DNA of 64,000 bases, from positions 25,260 to 89,259 of IMG/VR virus record IMGVR_UViG_3300005529_000004; one strand, written 5' to 3'. The notes beneath the pieces were generated by a model, which saw only the letters and a list, made by a program, of their open reading frames with translations, did not search any database and was not told the DNA's origin. A program made the translations under genes and the position numbers. Positions within the stretch are counted from its first letter, which is position 1. Every line of letters begins with the position of its first letter. Shown piece after piece: positions 18,362-26,562 of the stretch. This DNA is from a virus.

Positions 18362-18574
18362 ATGGCCCAGAAGACGATCGAGGAGAAGGTCCTGGCCGCG
18401 ACTGGATCGGCGAAGTCGAAGACGACGCTCGCCGAGAAGTTCGACGTCAGCTACACCTACGTCTCGCGCACCGTCAACGCGCTGGTGAAGAAGGGCAAGC
18501 TCATCGCCATCACCGGCAAGCAGAAGAAGGGCGCGATCGGCAGGCCCGCGACGCTCTACAAGCGGGCGGCGTAG
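18362..18574 (+). CDS. Small winged-HTH DNA-binding protein
   Basis: TLAEKFDVSYTYVSRTVNALVKKGKL...GRPATLY. Confidence 0.75.
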   Translation: MAQKTIEEKVLAATGSAKSKTTLAEKFDVSYTYVSRTVNALVKKGKLIAITGKQKKGAIGRPATLYKRAA

Positions 18575-18578
18575 GACG

Positions 18579-18776
18579 ATGGCGGAGAGCGAGCGCAGCT
18601 ACGACCACACCGAGCGCATCCGCAAGCTGCGGAAGATGGTCGAGCGCGAGGAGAAGGCCGGGTCCGAGGACGAGGACCGGCTGGCGCCCGCGCAGACGTT
18701 CATCCACAAGCACGGCGATGGCGGTGTTGCCTCCACGCCAGGCGGAGGGCGCGAGCGCACGACGCGTCCTGGATGA
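18579..18776 (+). CDS. Hypothetical protein
   Basis: ORF with AGGA RBS. Confidence 0.5.
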   Translation: MAESERSYDHTERIRKLRKMVEREEKAGSEDEDRLAPAQTFIHKHGDGGVASTPGGGRERTTRPG

Positions 18777-18829
18777 GCTAGACTCGGGCTTCATAGCGGC
18801 ACCAAGCTGCCGCGCTGAGCTACCGGGGA

Positions 18830-18860
18830 GGGAGCCGCCGCAAGGCGGCTTCCTCGTTCT
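18830..18860 (+). terminator. Intrinsic terminator
   Basis: GGGAGCCGCC-gcaa-GGCGGCTTCC followed by TCGTTCTT. Confidence 0.7.
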
Positions 18861-18884
18861 TGAACCCTGCGCTATAGTCCGCGC

Positions 18885-19979
18885 ATGGACATCTTCGACC
18901 TGATCGACCCGTTTGAGCTGGAGGAGATGATCGAGGCGGGATACGTCTCCGCGCAGCAGCATCCACTGCTGCCGCTCACGATCCTCAACTACACCCACCG
19001 CTGCCAGTATGATCGCGCCTGGAACGCGACTACGATGAAGTGCCGTGGCATCATCTACGGCACGCAGGACGGCGTCATCTATGCGCGGCCGTGGGCTAAG
19101 TTCTTCAACTACGGCGAGCCGACGCCGGAGGGCCTCGTGCTCGACCCGGATGCGCTCGTGGAGGTCACCGACAAGCTGGATGGCTCGCTGGGCATCGGCT
19201 ACTTCGACCCGACCTGGGGCGGGTTGTCGATCGCCACGCGCGGCTCCTTCACCTCCGACCAGGCTCTGCACGCATCGAAGCTCTACCAGCGCCGGTACGC
19301 GCACTGGATGCCCGAGGAGGGCTGGACGCCGCTGTTCGAGATCATCTACCCGGAGAACCGGATCGTCGTGGACTATGGCGGCGAGGACGACCTGCACATG
19401 ATCGGCCAGGTCAAGATCGAGACCGGCGAGCTGCGAGGCCCGTCGCTCGAATGGCCCGGACCGATGGCGGCGCTGCAGCAGGCGCTGACCTTCCGCGATG
19501 CGGTGGCGCTGCCCGAGCGACCCGGCAAGGAAGGCGTCGTCGTTCGGCTGCTGGAGACCGACGCGCTGGTCAAGATCAAGCAGGCCGACTACGTCGAGCT
19601 GCACCGGATCGTCACCCACCTGAATGAGCGCACGGTCTGGGAGGCGATCGTCGCCGACCGCTTCGAGGAGCTGATCGAGACGCTGCCCGACGAGTTCATG
19701 GTCTGGGCAGAGAACGTCCGACGCAACCTGCAGGCCGAGGCCGACTACATCGAGGCGCGCATCCGCGAGAAGTACGCGTCCGCGACGTCCTGGATGCAGG
19801 ACCGGCACGGCTCCGACTGGTCGCGCAAGCAGTTCGCGGAGCTGGTCACCCGGCAGCCGGAATGGGCGCCGTACATGTTCCTGCTGCTGGACGGCAAGAA
19901 CGTCCACGAGAAGATTTGGGCGTCGATCAGGCCGGAGGCGGCAAAGCCGCTGATGGACCGAGGAGAGGAGATCGCATGA
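18885..19979 (+). CDS. RNA ligase 1 (T4 Rnl1 family)
   Basis: KCRGII, KFFNYGE, VTDKLDGSLG, ATRGSFTSDQA, FEIIYPENRIVVDY, EGVVV, VKIKQADYVELHR. Confidence 0.92.
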   Translation: MDIFDLIDPFELEEMIEAGYVSAQQHPLLPLTILNYTHRCQYDRAWNATTMKCRGIIYGTQDGVIYARPWAKFFNYGEPTPEGLVLDPDALVEVTDKLDGSLGIGYFDPTWGGLSIATRGSFTSDQALHASKLYQRRYAHWMPEEGWTPLFEIIYPENRIVVDYGGEDDLHMIGQVKIETGELRGPSLEWPGPMAALQQALTFRDAVALPERPGKEGVVVRLLETDALVKIKQADYVELHRIVTHLNERTVWEAIVADRFEELIETLPDEFMVWAENVRRNLQAEADYIEARIREKYASATSWMQDRHGSDWSRKQFAELVTRQPEWAPYMFLLLDGKNVHEKIWASIRPEAAKPLMDRGEEIA

Positions 19980-20182
19980 GCGATAGCGACATCGTCGTGG
20001 AGGCCCTCAAGCAGAAGCTCGGCGACGTCCAGCGTCAGAAGGAGAACGCGATTACCGAACGCTCCAGCGCACTCGGAGATGTCGAGCTGTGGACGCGGGA
20101 GCAGGGCAAGTTTCAAGAGCAGGAGACGGCACTCATCAACGCGCTCGACGTCATGGCGCCGGGCTGGGAGGAGTCGGCATGA
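19976..20182 (+). CDS. Coiled-coil hypothetical protein
   Basis: Coupled ATGA start. Confidence 0.55.
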   Translation: MSDSDIVVEALKQKLGDVQRQKENAITERSSALGDVELWTREQGKFQEQETALINALDVMAPGWEESA

Positions 20183-20307
20183 CCGGCAAGAAGAAGGACT
20201 ACGTGTTGGCGAAGGTCATCGGCGCCGGGATCGGCCGCGCGCTGATCGGCGTCGAGTACGGGATGGGCGCCTGGATCGTGCTGCACCTGCTGGGGAGGCC
20301 GTGGTGA
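20179..20307 (+). CDS. Small membrane protein
   Basis: Coupled start; hydrophobic C-terminal half. Confidence 0.45.
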   Translation: MTGKKKDYVLAKVIGAGIGRALIGVEYGMGAWIVLHLLGRPW

Positions 20308-20693
20308 CCGTCGAGGAGCTGACCGACCTGATCTACGTCCCGTTCGACCGCACGCCGGGTGAGGGGTCGTGGACGAGCGGCGGCTTCAATACCGTGGACG
20401 AGTCGAAGGTCGGCCCGTTCGGAAAGGAAGACGTTGCCGAGGTGCTCTACGGCGGTTCGTCGGGCGACGGGTGGGACGGCTGGGAGGCTGCCGTGATTCG
20501 CCTGAAGGACGGGCGGCTGGTGGCCTGGGCGTCGTTCTACGGGCCGACCGGCGATGGCTTCCACGAAGACGCCTATGGCGGCGACGCCGAGGTCTGGTTC
20601 TCTGGGCCGGACAACCTCTCGCTGCTGGTCAAGCAGGCGCTCGGCGACTGGCAGCGTCGCGGGCTGCGGATTCCCGAGGAGCTGTGGTCATGA
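20304..20693 (+). CDS. Hypothetical protein
   Basis: GTGA coupled start; GDGWDGWEAAVIRLKDGR. Confidence 0.55.
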   Translation: MTVEELTDLIYVPFDRTPGEGSWTSGGFNTVDESKVGPFGKEDVAEVLYGGSSGDGWDGWEAAVIRLKDGRLVAWASFYGPTGDGFHEDAYGGDAEVWFSGPDNLSLLVKQALGDWQRRGLRIPEELWS

Positions 20694-20770
20694 GCCGCTT
20701 GAAGGTGGCGCTCGCCATCGTCGCCTGCCTGGGCCTCGCGGCCTACGGCGCGCGGGAGATGCTCTCATGA
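20690..20770 (+). CDS. Micro-protein, single TM
   Basis: MSRLKVALAIVACLGLAAYGAREMLS, coupled on both sides. Confidence 0.45.
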   Translation: MSRLKVALAIVACLGLAAYGAREMLS

Positions 20771-21030
20771 GGGGCGCCGACTACATGGAGCCGCCGAGCG
20801 AGAGGCCGGTCGATCACAAGGCGGCGCTCAAGGCGGCGCAGCTCGACCACGACATCGCCGAGAAGAAGTCGCGGCTGCAGCGCAAGGCCGACCGTCGCGC
20901 TCGGCGCCGCTGCTTCTGGACGCGGCCGCGCGGCCACAACTGGGTCGGCTCGGCGCCGAGCGAGGCGAGCGACTTCCACTGTGCCAACTGCCCGGCGACC
21001 AAGACCGTGTCGGTGGACTATGGCTGGTAG
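20767..21030 (+). CDS. Small Zn-finger-like protein
   Basis: CFWTRPRGHNW...CANC. Confidence 0.55.
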   Translation: MRGADYMEPPSERPVDHKAALKAAQLDHDIAEKKSRLQRKADRRARRRCFWTRPRGHNWVGSAPSEASDFHCANCPATKTVSVDYGW

Positions 21031-21049
21031 TTCAGGTAGGGTGAGCGCA

Positions 21050-21979
21050 TTGACTCCTGAACTGATCGTCACTCGCGGCATCCCCGGCTCAGGCAAGACG
21101 ACCTGGGCGAAGGCGTGGGTCGCCGATGACCCGGTCAACCGGGCACGCATCAACCGCGACGACCTGCGGCTGATGCTCTACAACCGGGGCTACCCGCTCG
21201 ACCCAGACCCGAAGATCGCCCACCGGCTGGAGACCAACCTCTCCGCCGCGCAGCAGGAGGCGGTGCGCGGGTTGCTGGAGGCGAAGCGCTCGGTGGTCGT
21301 GGACGACACGAACATCTCCTCGCGCTACCTGCGGGCTTGGCGGGAGCTGGCGCAGGACGCCGGTGCCGACTTCTCGGTCAACGACGACTTCTGCTCCGTG
21401 CCGCTCGACCTGTGCATCGAGCGCGACCGCCACTACACGCGTGGGACAATGGTCGGCGAGGTCGCGATCCGGCAGATGCACGCGCGGCTGCAGAATGCGC
21501 TCGGCAACGAGTCGCGCGGCACCGTCTTCTACGAGGACGGCGGCTACCGCTACCAGCCCGACTTCCGCCTGCCCTCCGCCTTCCTGCTCGACCTGGACGG
21601 CACGGCGGCGCTGCACGTAGACCGCTCGCCCTACGACTACTCGCGGGTCAACACCGACGAGCCGAACCAGCCGGTCATCGACCTGGCGAAGCAGCTCGTC
21701 TCAGCGGGCTGGGTCTGCATCTGCCTCTCGGGTCGCCCGGATTCGTGCCGGGACGCGACCGAGGAGTGGCTGCGCTGGTCGGGCGTCCCCTGGCACTCGC
21801 TCTACATGCGTGAGGAGGGCGACACGCGCAAGGACGAGATCGTGAAGCTGGAGATCTTCCAGCAGATGATCGCCGACTACTGGCACGTTCGGCTGGCGCT
21901 CGATGACCGGAACCGGGTCGTCCGCATGTGGCGCCGGATCGGTCTGCTCTGCGCGCAGGTCGCGCCGGGAGCGTTCTAG
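21050..21979 (+). CDS. pseT: Polynucleotide kinase/3'-phosphatase (T4 PseT-like)
   Basis: RGIPGSGKTT, NRDDLR, VDDTN; HAD DLDGT, LSGR, DDRNRVV. Confidence 0.92.
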   Translation: MTPELIVTRGIPGSGKTTWAKAWVADDPVNRARINRDDLRLMLYNRGYPLDPDPKIAHRLETNLSAAQQEAVRGLLEAKRSVVVDDTNISSRYLRAWRELAQDAGADFSVNDDFCSVPLDLCIERDRHYTRGTMVGEVAIRQMHARLQNALGNESRGTVFYEDGGYRYQPDFRLPSAFLLDLDGTAALHVDRSPYDYSRVNTDEPNQPVIDLAKQLVSAGWVCICLSGRPDSCRDATEEWLRWSGVPWHSLYMREEGDTRKDEIVKLEIFQQMIADYWHVRLALDDRNRVVRMWRRIGLLCAQVAPGAF

Positions 21980-22057
21980 GCGGGCAACGGCCCGCCGGAG
22001 AATCTCCGTCCAGAGAACCTTGCTGGCGGCTGGTAGACTGGTTCTGAAAGGAGGGCT

Positions 22058-22555
22058 ATGGACGAGGAGTTCGAGATCGAGGTCGAGTTGGACTGGAGCG
22101 GCCAGGAGACGGTGCGCTCATTGCTCCGGCGGATCGACCGCAAGCTCGACAAGGTCCTCAAGCTCCTGCAGCACGCCGGGTCGGGACGTCCGGCGAGCGG
22201 CAGCTTCTTCTTCACGTCCCATGACGGAAAGGTGAGCATGGCCGACTTCACTCTGAAGGACACGGACCCGGCAGGCGTCGGAGCCGTCTCCTACGTGGAT
22301 GCGGACGGCGCTCCGGCTGCGGCTGGTGCGGCGCCCGTGTGGTCGGTGGACGACCCGACGATCCTGGCGGTCACTCCCGCTGCGGATGGCCTGTCGGCGT
22401 CGATCGCACCGGCCCAGCCGCCGAAGCTCGGCACGGCCACCGTCACGGTCACCCTGACCAACCCGGACGGCTCCGTCGTCACGGTGTCGGCACAGGGCGC
22501 GGTCGTCGGCGGCGAGCCTGCCAGCGGCACGTTCGCGTTCACGCCGGGCGCGTAG
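22058..22555 (+). CDS. Ig-like domain protein (possible internal start at 22238)
   Basis: WSVDDPTILAVTP...GTATVTVT Big-like signature. Confidence 0.7.
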   Translation: MDEEFEIEVELDWSGQETVRSLLRRIDRKLDKVLKLLQHAGSGRPASGSFFFTSHDGKVSMADFTLKDTDPAGVGAVSYVDADGAPAAAGAAPVWSVDDPTILAVTPAADGLSASIAPAQPPKLGTATVTVTLTNPDGSVVTVSAQGAVVGGEPASGTFAFTPGA

Positions 22556-22630
22556 CTCGGCAAGGCCTCCCGGTTCGAATCCGGGTCGCGCTACGGCGCG
22601 GGAACCAGGTGATTCAGGCGCCCTGGCAGC
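22555..22630 (+). ncRNA. Circularly permuted tRNA-like RNA (YrlA/Y-RNA-like candidate)
   Basis: T arm CCCGG-TTCGAAT-CCGGG, then acceptor-like stem closed by a cUACGg loop, then weak D-like hairpin, closed by GCCT/AGGC; terminator follows. Confidence 0.55.
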
Positions 22631-22657
22631 AAGAGCCTCCCTCGGGAGGCTCTGCTG
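22627..22657 (+). terminator. Hairpin terminator
   Basis: CAGCA-a-GAGCCTCCC-tc-GGGAGGCTC-TGCTG. Confidence 0.55.
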
Positions 22658-22677
22658 GTGCTGGGTAGAGTTGGAGT

Positions 22678-23202
22678 GTGGGATACGCGCCGGTCAGCCT
22701 CATCACGATCGGGCCGGAGCCGCCGGGGTCGGGCAGCGGAGAGCTGACCGTCACCGAGGGCGAAGGGCCGAAGTTCTCCGCCGCTCCGTGGAAGGGCCTC
22801 GTCTGGCCGACGAACGACATCCCGCAGCTCGGCGTCAATGCCTGCGAGATCGAGGTCAACAACGTCAACGGAGACGTGCTGTCCTTCGACCGCGACGACC
22901 CGACGATCGACATCCACGCCGGGCTGCAGGTCGCCGAGATTCAGGCCATCCCGCTGCACGGGATCGGTGGCTCGATCACGCTGTCTGCCGTGTTCGCTTC
23001 CGCGAGCGGACCGTACACCGCGCTCCTGCGCTCGCCGTCCGGCTCGCTGTCCTCCCCGGCGGCTGTCGATGGCGGAGCCGGGAGCGCCTGGTACGGCTTC
23101 GCGCCGAACCGCAGCGGCACCTGGGCGTTCCAGTTCGAGGACTCGCTCGGCGACCGCTCTCCCGAGCAGGAGTTCTTCGTGCCCTTCGTAGGCACGGAGT
23201 AG
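22678..23202 (+). CDS. Beta-rich putative virion protein
   Basis: Leaderless GTG; C-terminal YG.F.P...G.W.F.F Ig-like pattern. Confidence 0.55.
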   Translation: MGYAPVSLITIGPEPPGSGSGELTVTEGEGPKFSAAPWKGLVWPTNDIPQLGVNACEIEVNNVNGDVLSFDRDDPTIDIHAGLQVAEIQAIPLHGIGGSITLSAVFASASGPYTALLRSPSGSLSSPAAVDGGAGSAWYGFAPNRSGTWAFQFEDSLGDRSPEQEFFVPFVGTE

Positions 23203-23211
23203 GCTGACAGC

Positions 23212-23592
23212 ATGGGCCGCGTCCAGATTCCTGTCGCCCGCGTCACGCGCTCCGGCATCGGAGGCTCGGCGTTCGTCCAGGGCGACGACCAGAACAAGAT
23301 GTACTTCGCCAACAACGCCGGGAACACCTGGCTTCTGGCGGTCAACGACGACGCGGCCGACGCCTACGTCGGCGCCGAGTTCGCTACGCCGCAGCTCGAC
23401 ACGGTTCCGACGCCGGACCGCCTGGCCACGGTGCCCGCAGGCGGCTCGGCCTGGATCGGGACCTTCCCGCGCATGTGGTACAACCAGGACGACAACAGCG
23501 TCTGGATCAACCCCGGCACCGGCCCGGCCCATCCGACCACGCCGACCTGGGTCAACCTCTGGTTCAAGGCCTTCGACTTCCAGGACATCTAG
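23212..23592 (+). CDS. Putative virion (decoration-type) protein, paralog of 51862
   Basis: Shared GD..N....N.G...N...VPAG...G.FP...YNQ/DD pattern. Confidence 0.6.
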   Translation: MGRVQIPVARVTRSGIGGSAFVQGDDQNKMYFANNAGNTWLLAVNDDAADAYVGAEFATPQLDTVPTPDRLATVPAGGSAWIGTFPRMWYNQDDNSVWINPGTGPAHPTTPTWVNLWFKAFDFQDI

Positions 23593-24008
23593 TGGCAGAC
23601 GAGATCGTCAACGTTCGAGGATGCGCGCGCTGCGGTGGGACGCACGATGGGCTGGCGTTCAAGAGCCTCGATGCGCCGATCGTGGAGTCGGACGGCACGA
23701 TCCTCACCCACTCCGCGCCCTGCCCGAAGACGGGTCGCGCGATCCTGCTCGGGACGGCGCCGGTCGGCAAGGCGAACAGCATCCCGGCGGCGGTCAACTA
23801 TCGCCCGGCCAGCGCGCCTGGCGAGTCGTGTGCGACCTGCGCCTACTTCGACGTCGAGACCGCGCGCTGTGCCATGTTCGACGTCACCGTCTCGCCGAAG
23901 TACGTCTGCGACAAGTGGAGCGACGTCGTGAAGCGCATCGTGCGCGGAGTCGCACAGGCAACCGAGTTCAAGCTGGCGAAGCTCAGAAAGGCGGCGCGCT
24001 GTGGCTAG
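23592..24008 (+). CDS. Cys-rich protein with HiPIP-like motif
   Basis: CARCG...H; NYRPA...SCATCAYF...RCAMFDVTVSPKYVCDKW. Confidence 0.6.
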   Translation: MADEIVNVRGCARCGGTHDGLAFKSLDAPIVESDGTILTHSAPCPKTGRAILLGTAPVGKANSIPAAVNYRPASAPGESCATCAYFDVETARCAMFDVTVSPKYVCDKWSDVVKRIVRGVAQATEFKLAKLRKAARCG

Positions 24009-25044
24009 CCCTGTTCCGCATCCCCTGCCCTCGTGGTGGGACGAGGCGTGCGACTACCGCTACGGCATCCTGCCGAGCAAGCCGCGCCCGAAGGACATCC
24101 CGCACCTCACTCGCCCGCAGTACGACTGGTGCTTCGAGCAGTGGGCCGAGTTCGACGCGTGGAACACCTGGAAGGACAAGGGCGGACCGCGTCCGGCGGT
24201 CTGGCACCTCGTCCCGCTGTGGGCGTGGCGCCTGCGGCACGAGCTGCTGCACGCGCATCCGAAGCCGCCGAAGCCTCCGCCTGCTCACCCGGAGCCGGTC
24301 AGCATCTGGAAGAACCCGCCCTGGAAGGGGCGTGGCATCCACATCGCCTGGGGCTTCGAGTCGGGCGACTGGACACCGGCGCAGATTGCCGCGCGCCTGC
24401 ACAAGGCTGGCTTCTCGTGGGCCGCGCTGGAGGGCAGTCCGGCGCTGCAGAACGAGCAGTTCATGGCCGACTTCGTGGCGGCGCAGCACGAGCTGGGCAT
24501 GAAGGCGATCCTCTGGGAGCGCAGCGACGTGCAGAAGGACTACCCGGAGCCGCGCCTCGACCACGTGACCCGGCTGCTCACGACCTACGGCTTCGACGCG
24601 TATGGCGCCGACATCGAGGAGTTCCCGATCGACACGCCGGACTTCCCTACGGCCTTCGCCAACGCTCACCCGACCTTCCCTCGCGTCACGCTGTGTGCGG
24701 GCATGGCCGACGCGGTCTACTACCAGACCTGGATCGCAGCGGGCTGGGACTGCATGACCGAGGCGTACTCGGGCATGGCCGGTGTCGCGCCGGGCGTCGG
24801 GATCGCAGGCGCGATGGACAGCGACGCCTTCTGGCGCGGCTTCCCTCGCAACGCCGTCCCGAAGCCTGGTCTCTGGGGAGGCAACGGAACGGGGCCGCAC
24901 ACGTGGCCGATCATCGAAGTCAACGCCGAGAAGAACCCTGGTCTCGCTCCGCAGCTCAGCGCCGTCGCTCCCTGGGGCGACAACTACTCCATCTGGGACG
25001 CCGAGCAGATGCAGGACGCGGACTGGGCCGTCTACGGTGCTTGA
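24001..25044 (+). CDS. Putative glycoside-hydrolase-like TIM-barrel protein (possible lysin)
   Basis: Trp-rich N-domain, Pro linker, then beta/alpha repeats GIHIAW, GFSWAAL, GMKAILW, GFDAYGADIEE. Confidence 0.45.
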   Translation: MASPVPHPLPSWWDEACDYRYGILPSKPRPKDIPHLTRPQYDWCFEQWAEFDAWNTWKDKGGPRPAVWHLVPLWAWRLRHELLHAHPKPPKPPPAHPEPVSIWKNPPWKGRGIHIAWGFESGDWTPAQIAARLHKAGFSWAALEGSPALQNEQFMADFVAAQHELGMKAILWERSDVQKDYPEPRLDHVTRLLTTYGFDAYGADIEEFPIDTPDFPTAFANAHPTFPRVTLCAGMADAVYYQTWIAAGWDCMTEAYSGMAGVAPGVGIAGAMDSDAFWRGFPRNAVPKPGLWGGNGTGPHTWPIIEVNAEKNPGLAPQLSAVAPWGDNYSIWDAEQMQDADWAVYGA

Positions 25045-26086
25045 TGCGCGGCTGTTCTCCGTAGGGAAGAACGTCGTCCCGCCACCCGAGTGGCGTCCGA
25101 CCGCCGCGATCGACTTCGACGGCGTGCTGCACCACTACACCGGCGACGGCGCCACGACGCCGGTCGCGGTCGATGATCCGCCCGTCGAGGGCGCGATCGA
25201 GTGGCTGACGGCGATGCGCGAGATCTTCGACGTCGTGGTTTTCAGCTCGCGCGGCCGGGACACCGGGGACGTGCTCACGGTGCAGCGCTGGTTGGAGGCG
25301 CACGGGCACGGCGACATTCCGGTTACCGCGATCAAGCCCATCGCGCACGTCTACGTGGACGATCGGGGCTGGCGCTTCGAGGGGCCTGGTAAGTTCCCCG
25401 ACCCGCAGGTCCTGCTCAGCGCCCGTCCGTGGTGGTCGGAGGCCGACACGGGCGCGGACGCGCTCGCACGGGGCCTCTACCGCGAAGCCGTGCGGCACGA
25501 ACCGGAGACCACCGCGTTTATGGAGCAGGCGGCGCGCGCCACGGGCGGCTATCTCGGCGGGCTGGAGTTCCGCTGGAAGGACCCGACGACGCTCGCGGCC
25601 AAGATCAAGGCGGTCGCCGAGCGCGACGACTCGACCCTGGAGGACGCGGCCGGGCATGTCTACGACGCGCTCCGCTACACGCTGATCTACCCGACGATCG
25701 ACTACACGGACGGCGTTCGAGCGGCGCTCGCGGACCTGCCGCTCACGGTCCAGCGACTCCGCAACTACTGGACAGGCACGCCGGGCAGCCAGCGATTCCT
25801 GCCGGGCACCTACGTCGGAATCAACGCTGTTCTCAGAACCGACGACGGATTCCCGGTTGAGCTGCAGTTCCACACGCCGGAGGGCCGCGCCGCCAACGGC
25901 GCCAACCAGCTCCTCTACCAGATGGTCGATGACGCGTCGCTGACGCCGGAGGACGCTCAGCGAATCGGCGACGAGATGCGGGCGAACGTGGACGCCGTGC
26001 CGAGGCCCGAGGGAGTGCAGAATATAGGCGCGACCGCTAAGCTCGCCGCAGCCCTGCTCAGCGTGCCGGGGCCGACCACGCTCTGA
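25037..26086 (+). CDS. HAD-family phosphatase fused to RelA/SpoT-like nucleotidyltransferase domain
   Basis: AIDFDGVLH, FSSR, KP, YVDDRG; then EFRWKDPTTLAAKI, DALRYT, RNYW, YVGINAV, VELQFHTP. Confidence 0.75.
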   Translation: MLDARLFSVGKNVVPPPEWRPTAAIDFDGVLHHYTGDGATTPVAVDDPPVEGAIEWLTAMREIFDVVVFSSRGRDTGDVLTVQRWLEAHGHGDIPVTAIKPIAHVYVDDRGWRFEGPGKFPDPQVLLSARPWWSEADTGADALARGLYREAVRHEPETTAFMEQAARATGGYLGGLEFRWKDPTTLAAKIKAVAERDDSTLEDAAGHVYDALRYTLIYPTIDYTDGVRAALADLPLTVQRLRNYWTGTPGSQRFLPGTYVGINAVLRTDDGFPVELQFHTPEGRAANGANQLLYQMVDDASLTPEDAQRIGDEMRANVDAVPRPEGVQNIGATAKLAAALLSVPGPTTL

Positions 26087-26143
26087 GGCGCGGACCCGCA
26101 AGGTGTGGTTGGATTCGGCCGCGCGCCCGTGGTACGCTGAGCA

Positions 26144-26259
26144 GTCCTATACCCCGAGCTGGAAGGAGGACCCTCCGAGGCAGCCGCTAGCCGGGAAGAC
26201 CCGGACCCTAGACAGGTCGGACAAGAAACCGAGGCCCGCGCAAGCGGGCCTCCCTTCTT
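26144..26259 (+). ncRNA. Candidate small RNA with own promoter and terminator
   Basis: TTGGAT-N18-TACGCT with extended TG; GTCC/GGAC closing stem with two internal hairpins; GAGGCCCGC-gcaa-GCGGGCCTC terminator. Confidence 0.5.
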
Positions 26260-26291
26260 CCGGCACGGATGGCGCCGGTAGACTTCCTCCC

Positions 26292-26558
26292 GTGAGCATC
26301 ACGATCAACAAGGTCAACCGGGCGGACGGCACGTACGACGTGTCGGCAACCGGCGCGGACGACACGGCCCTGGCAGCGCTCAACGGCGAGGCCACCGGAC
26401 CCGGCGATGCCGGGCGCAACGACGGCGAGTTCTGCGAGCTGATCGGCACCAGCCGGTACCTCGTGACCGCCGGAGTGCTTCGGGCGCAGGGCGTCTCGGG
26501 CTTCGCCGCCCCGCAGTACACCGGCGACGCTTCGGCCTACTCCTTCAAGGGAGTCTAG
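26292..26558 (+). CDS. Small protein, paralog family A
   Basis: ITINKVNRADGTYDVSATGA...RYLVTA; leaderless after TAGACT. Confidence 0.65.
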   Translation: MSITINKVNRADGTYDVSATGADDTALAALNGEATGPGDAGRNDGEFCELIGTSRYLVTAGVLRAQGVSGFAAPQYTGDASAYSFKGV

Positions 26559-26562
26559 GCTC

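Noticed and set aside
22546-22593. Ordinary tRNA or attP remnant reading (GGCGCG TAGCTC...T arm)
   Set aside because: No anticodon arm, and its 5' strand lies inside the upstream CDS; the permuted fold with a UACG tetraloop explains the sequence better; no integrase is seen
26144-26259. Known riboswitch (c-di-GMP, TPP, SAM, ydaO)
   Set aside because: Conserved cores of these families are not present, and the downstream gene has its own promoter after the terminator
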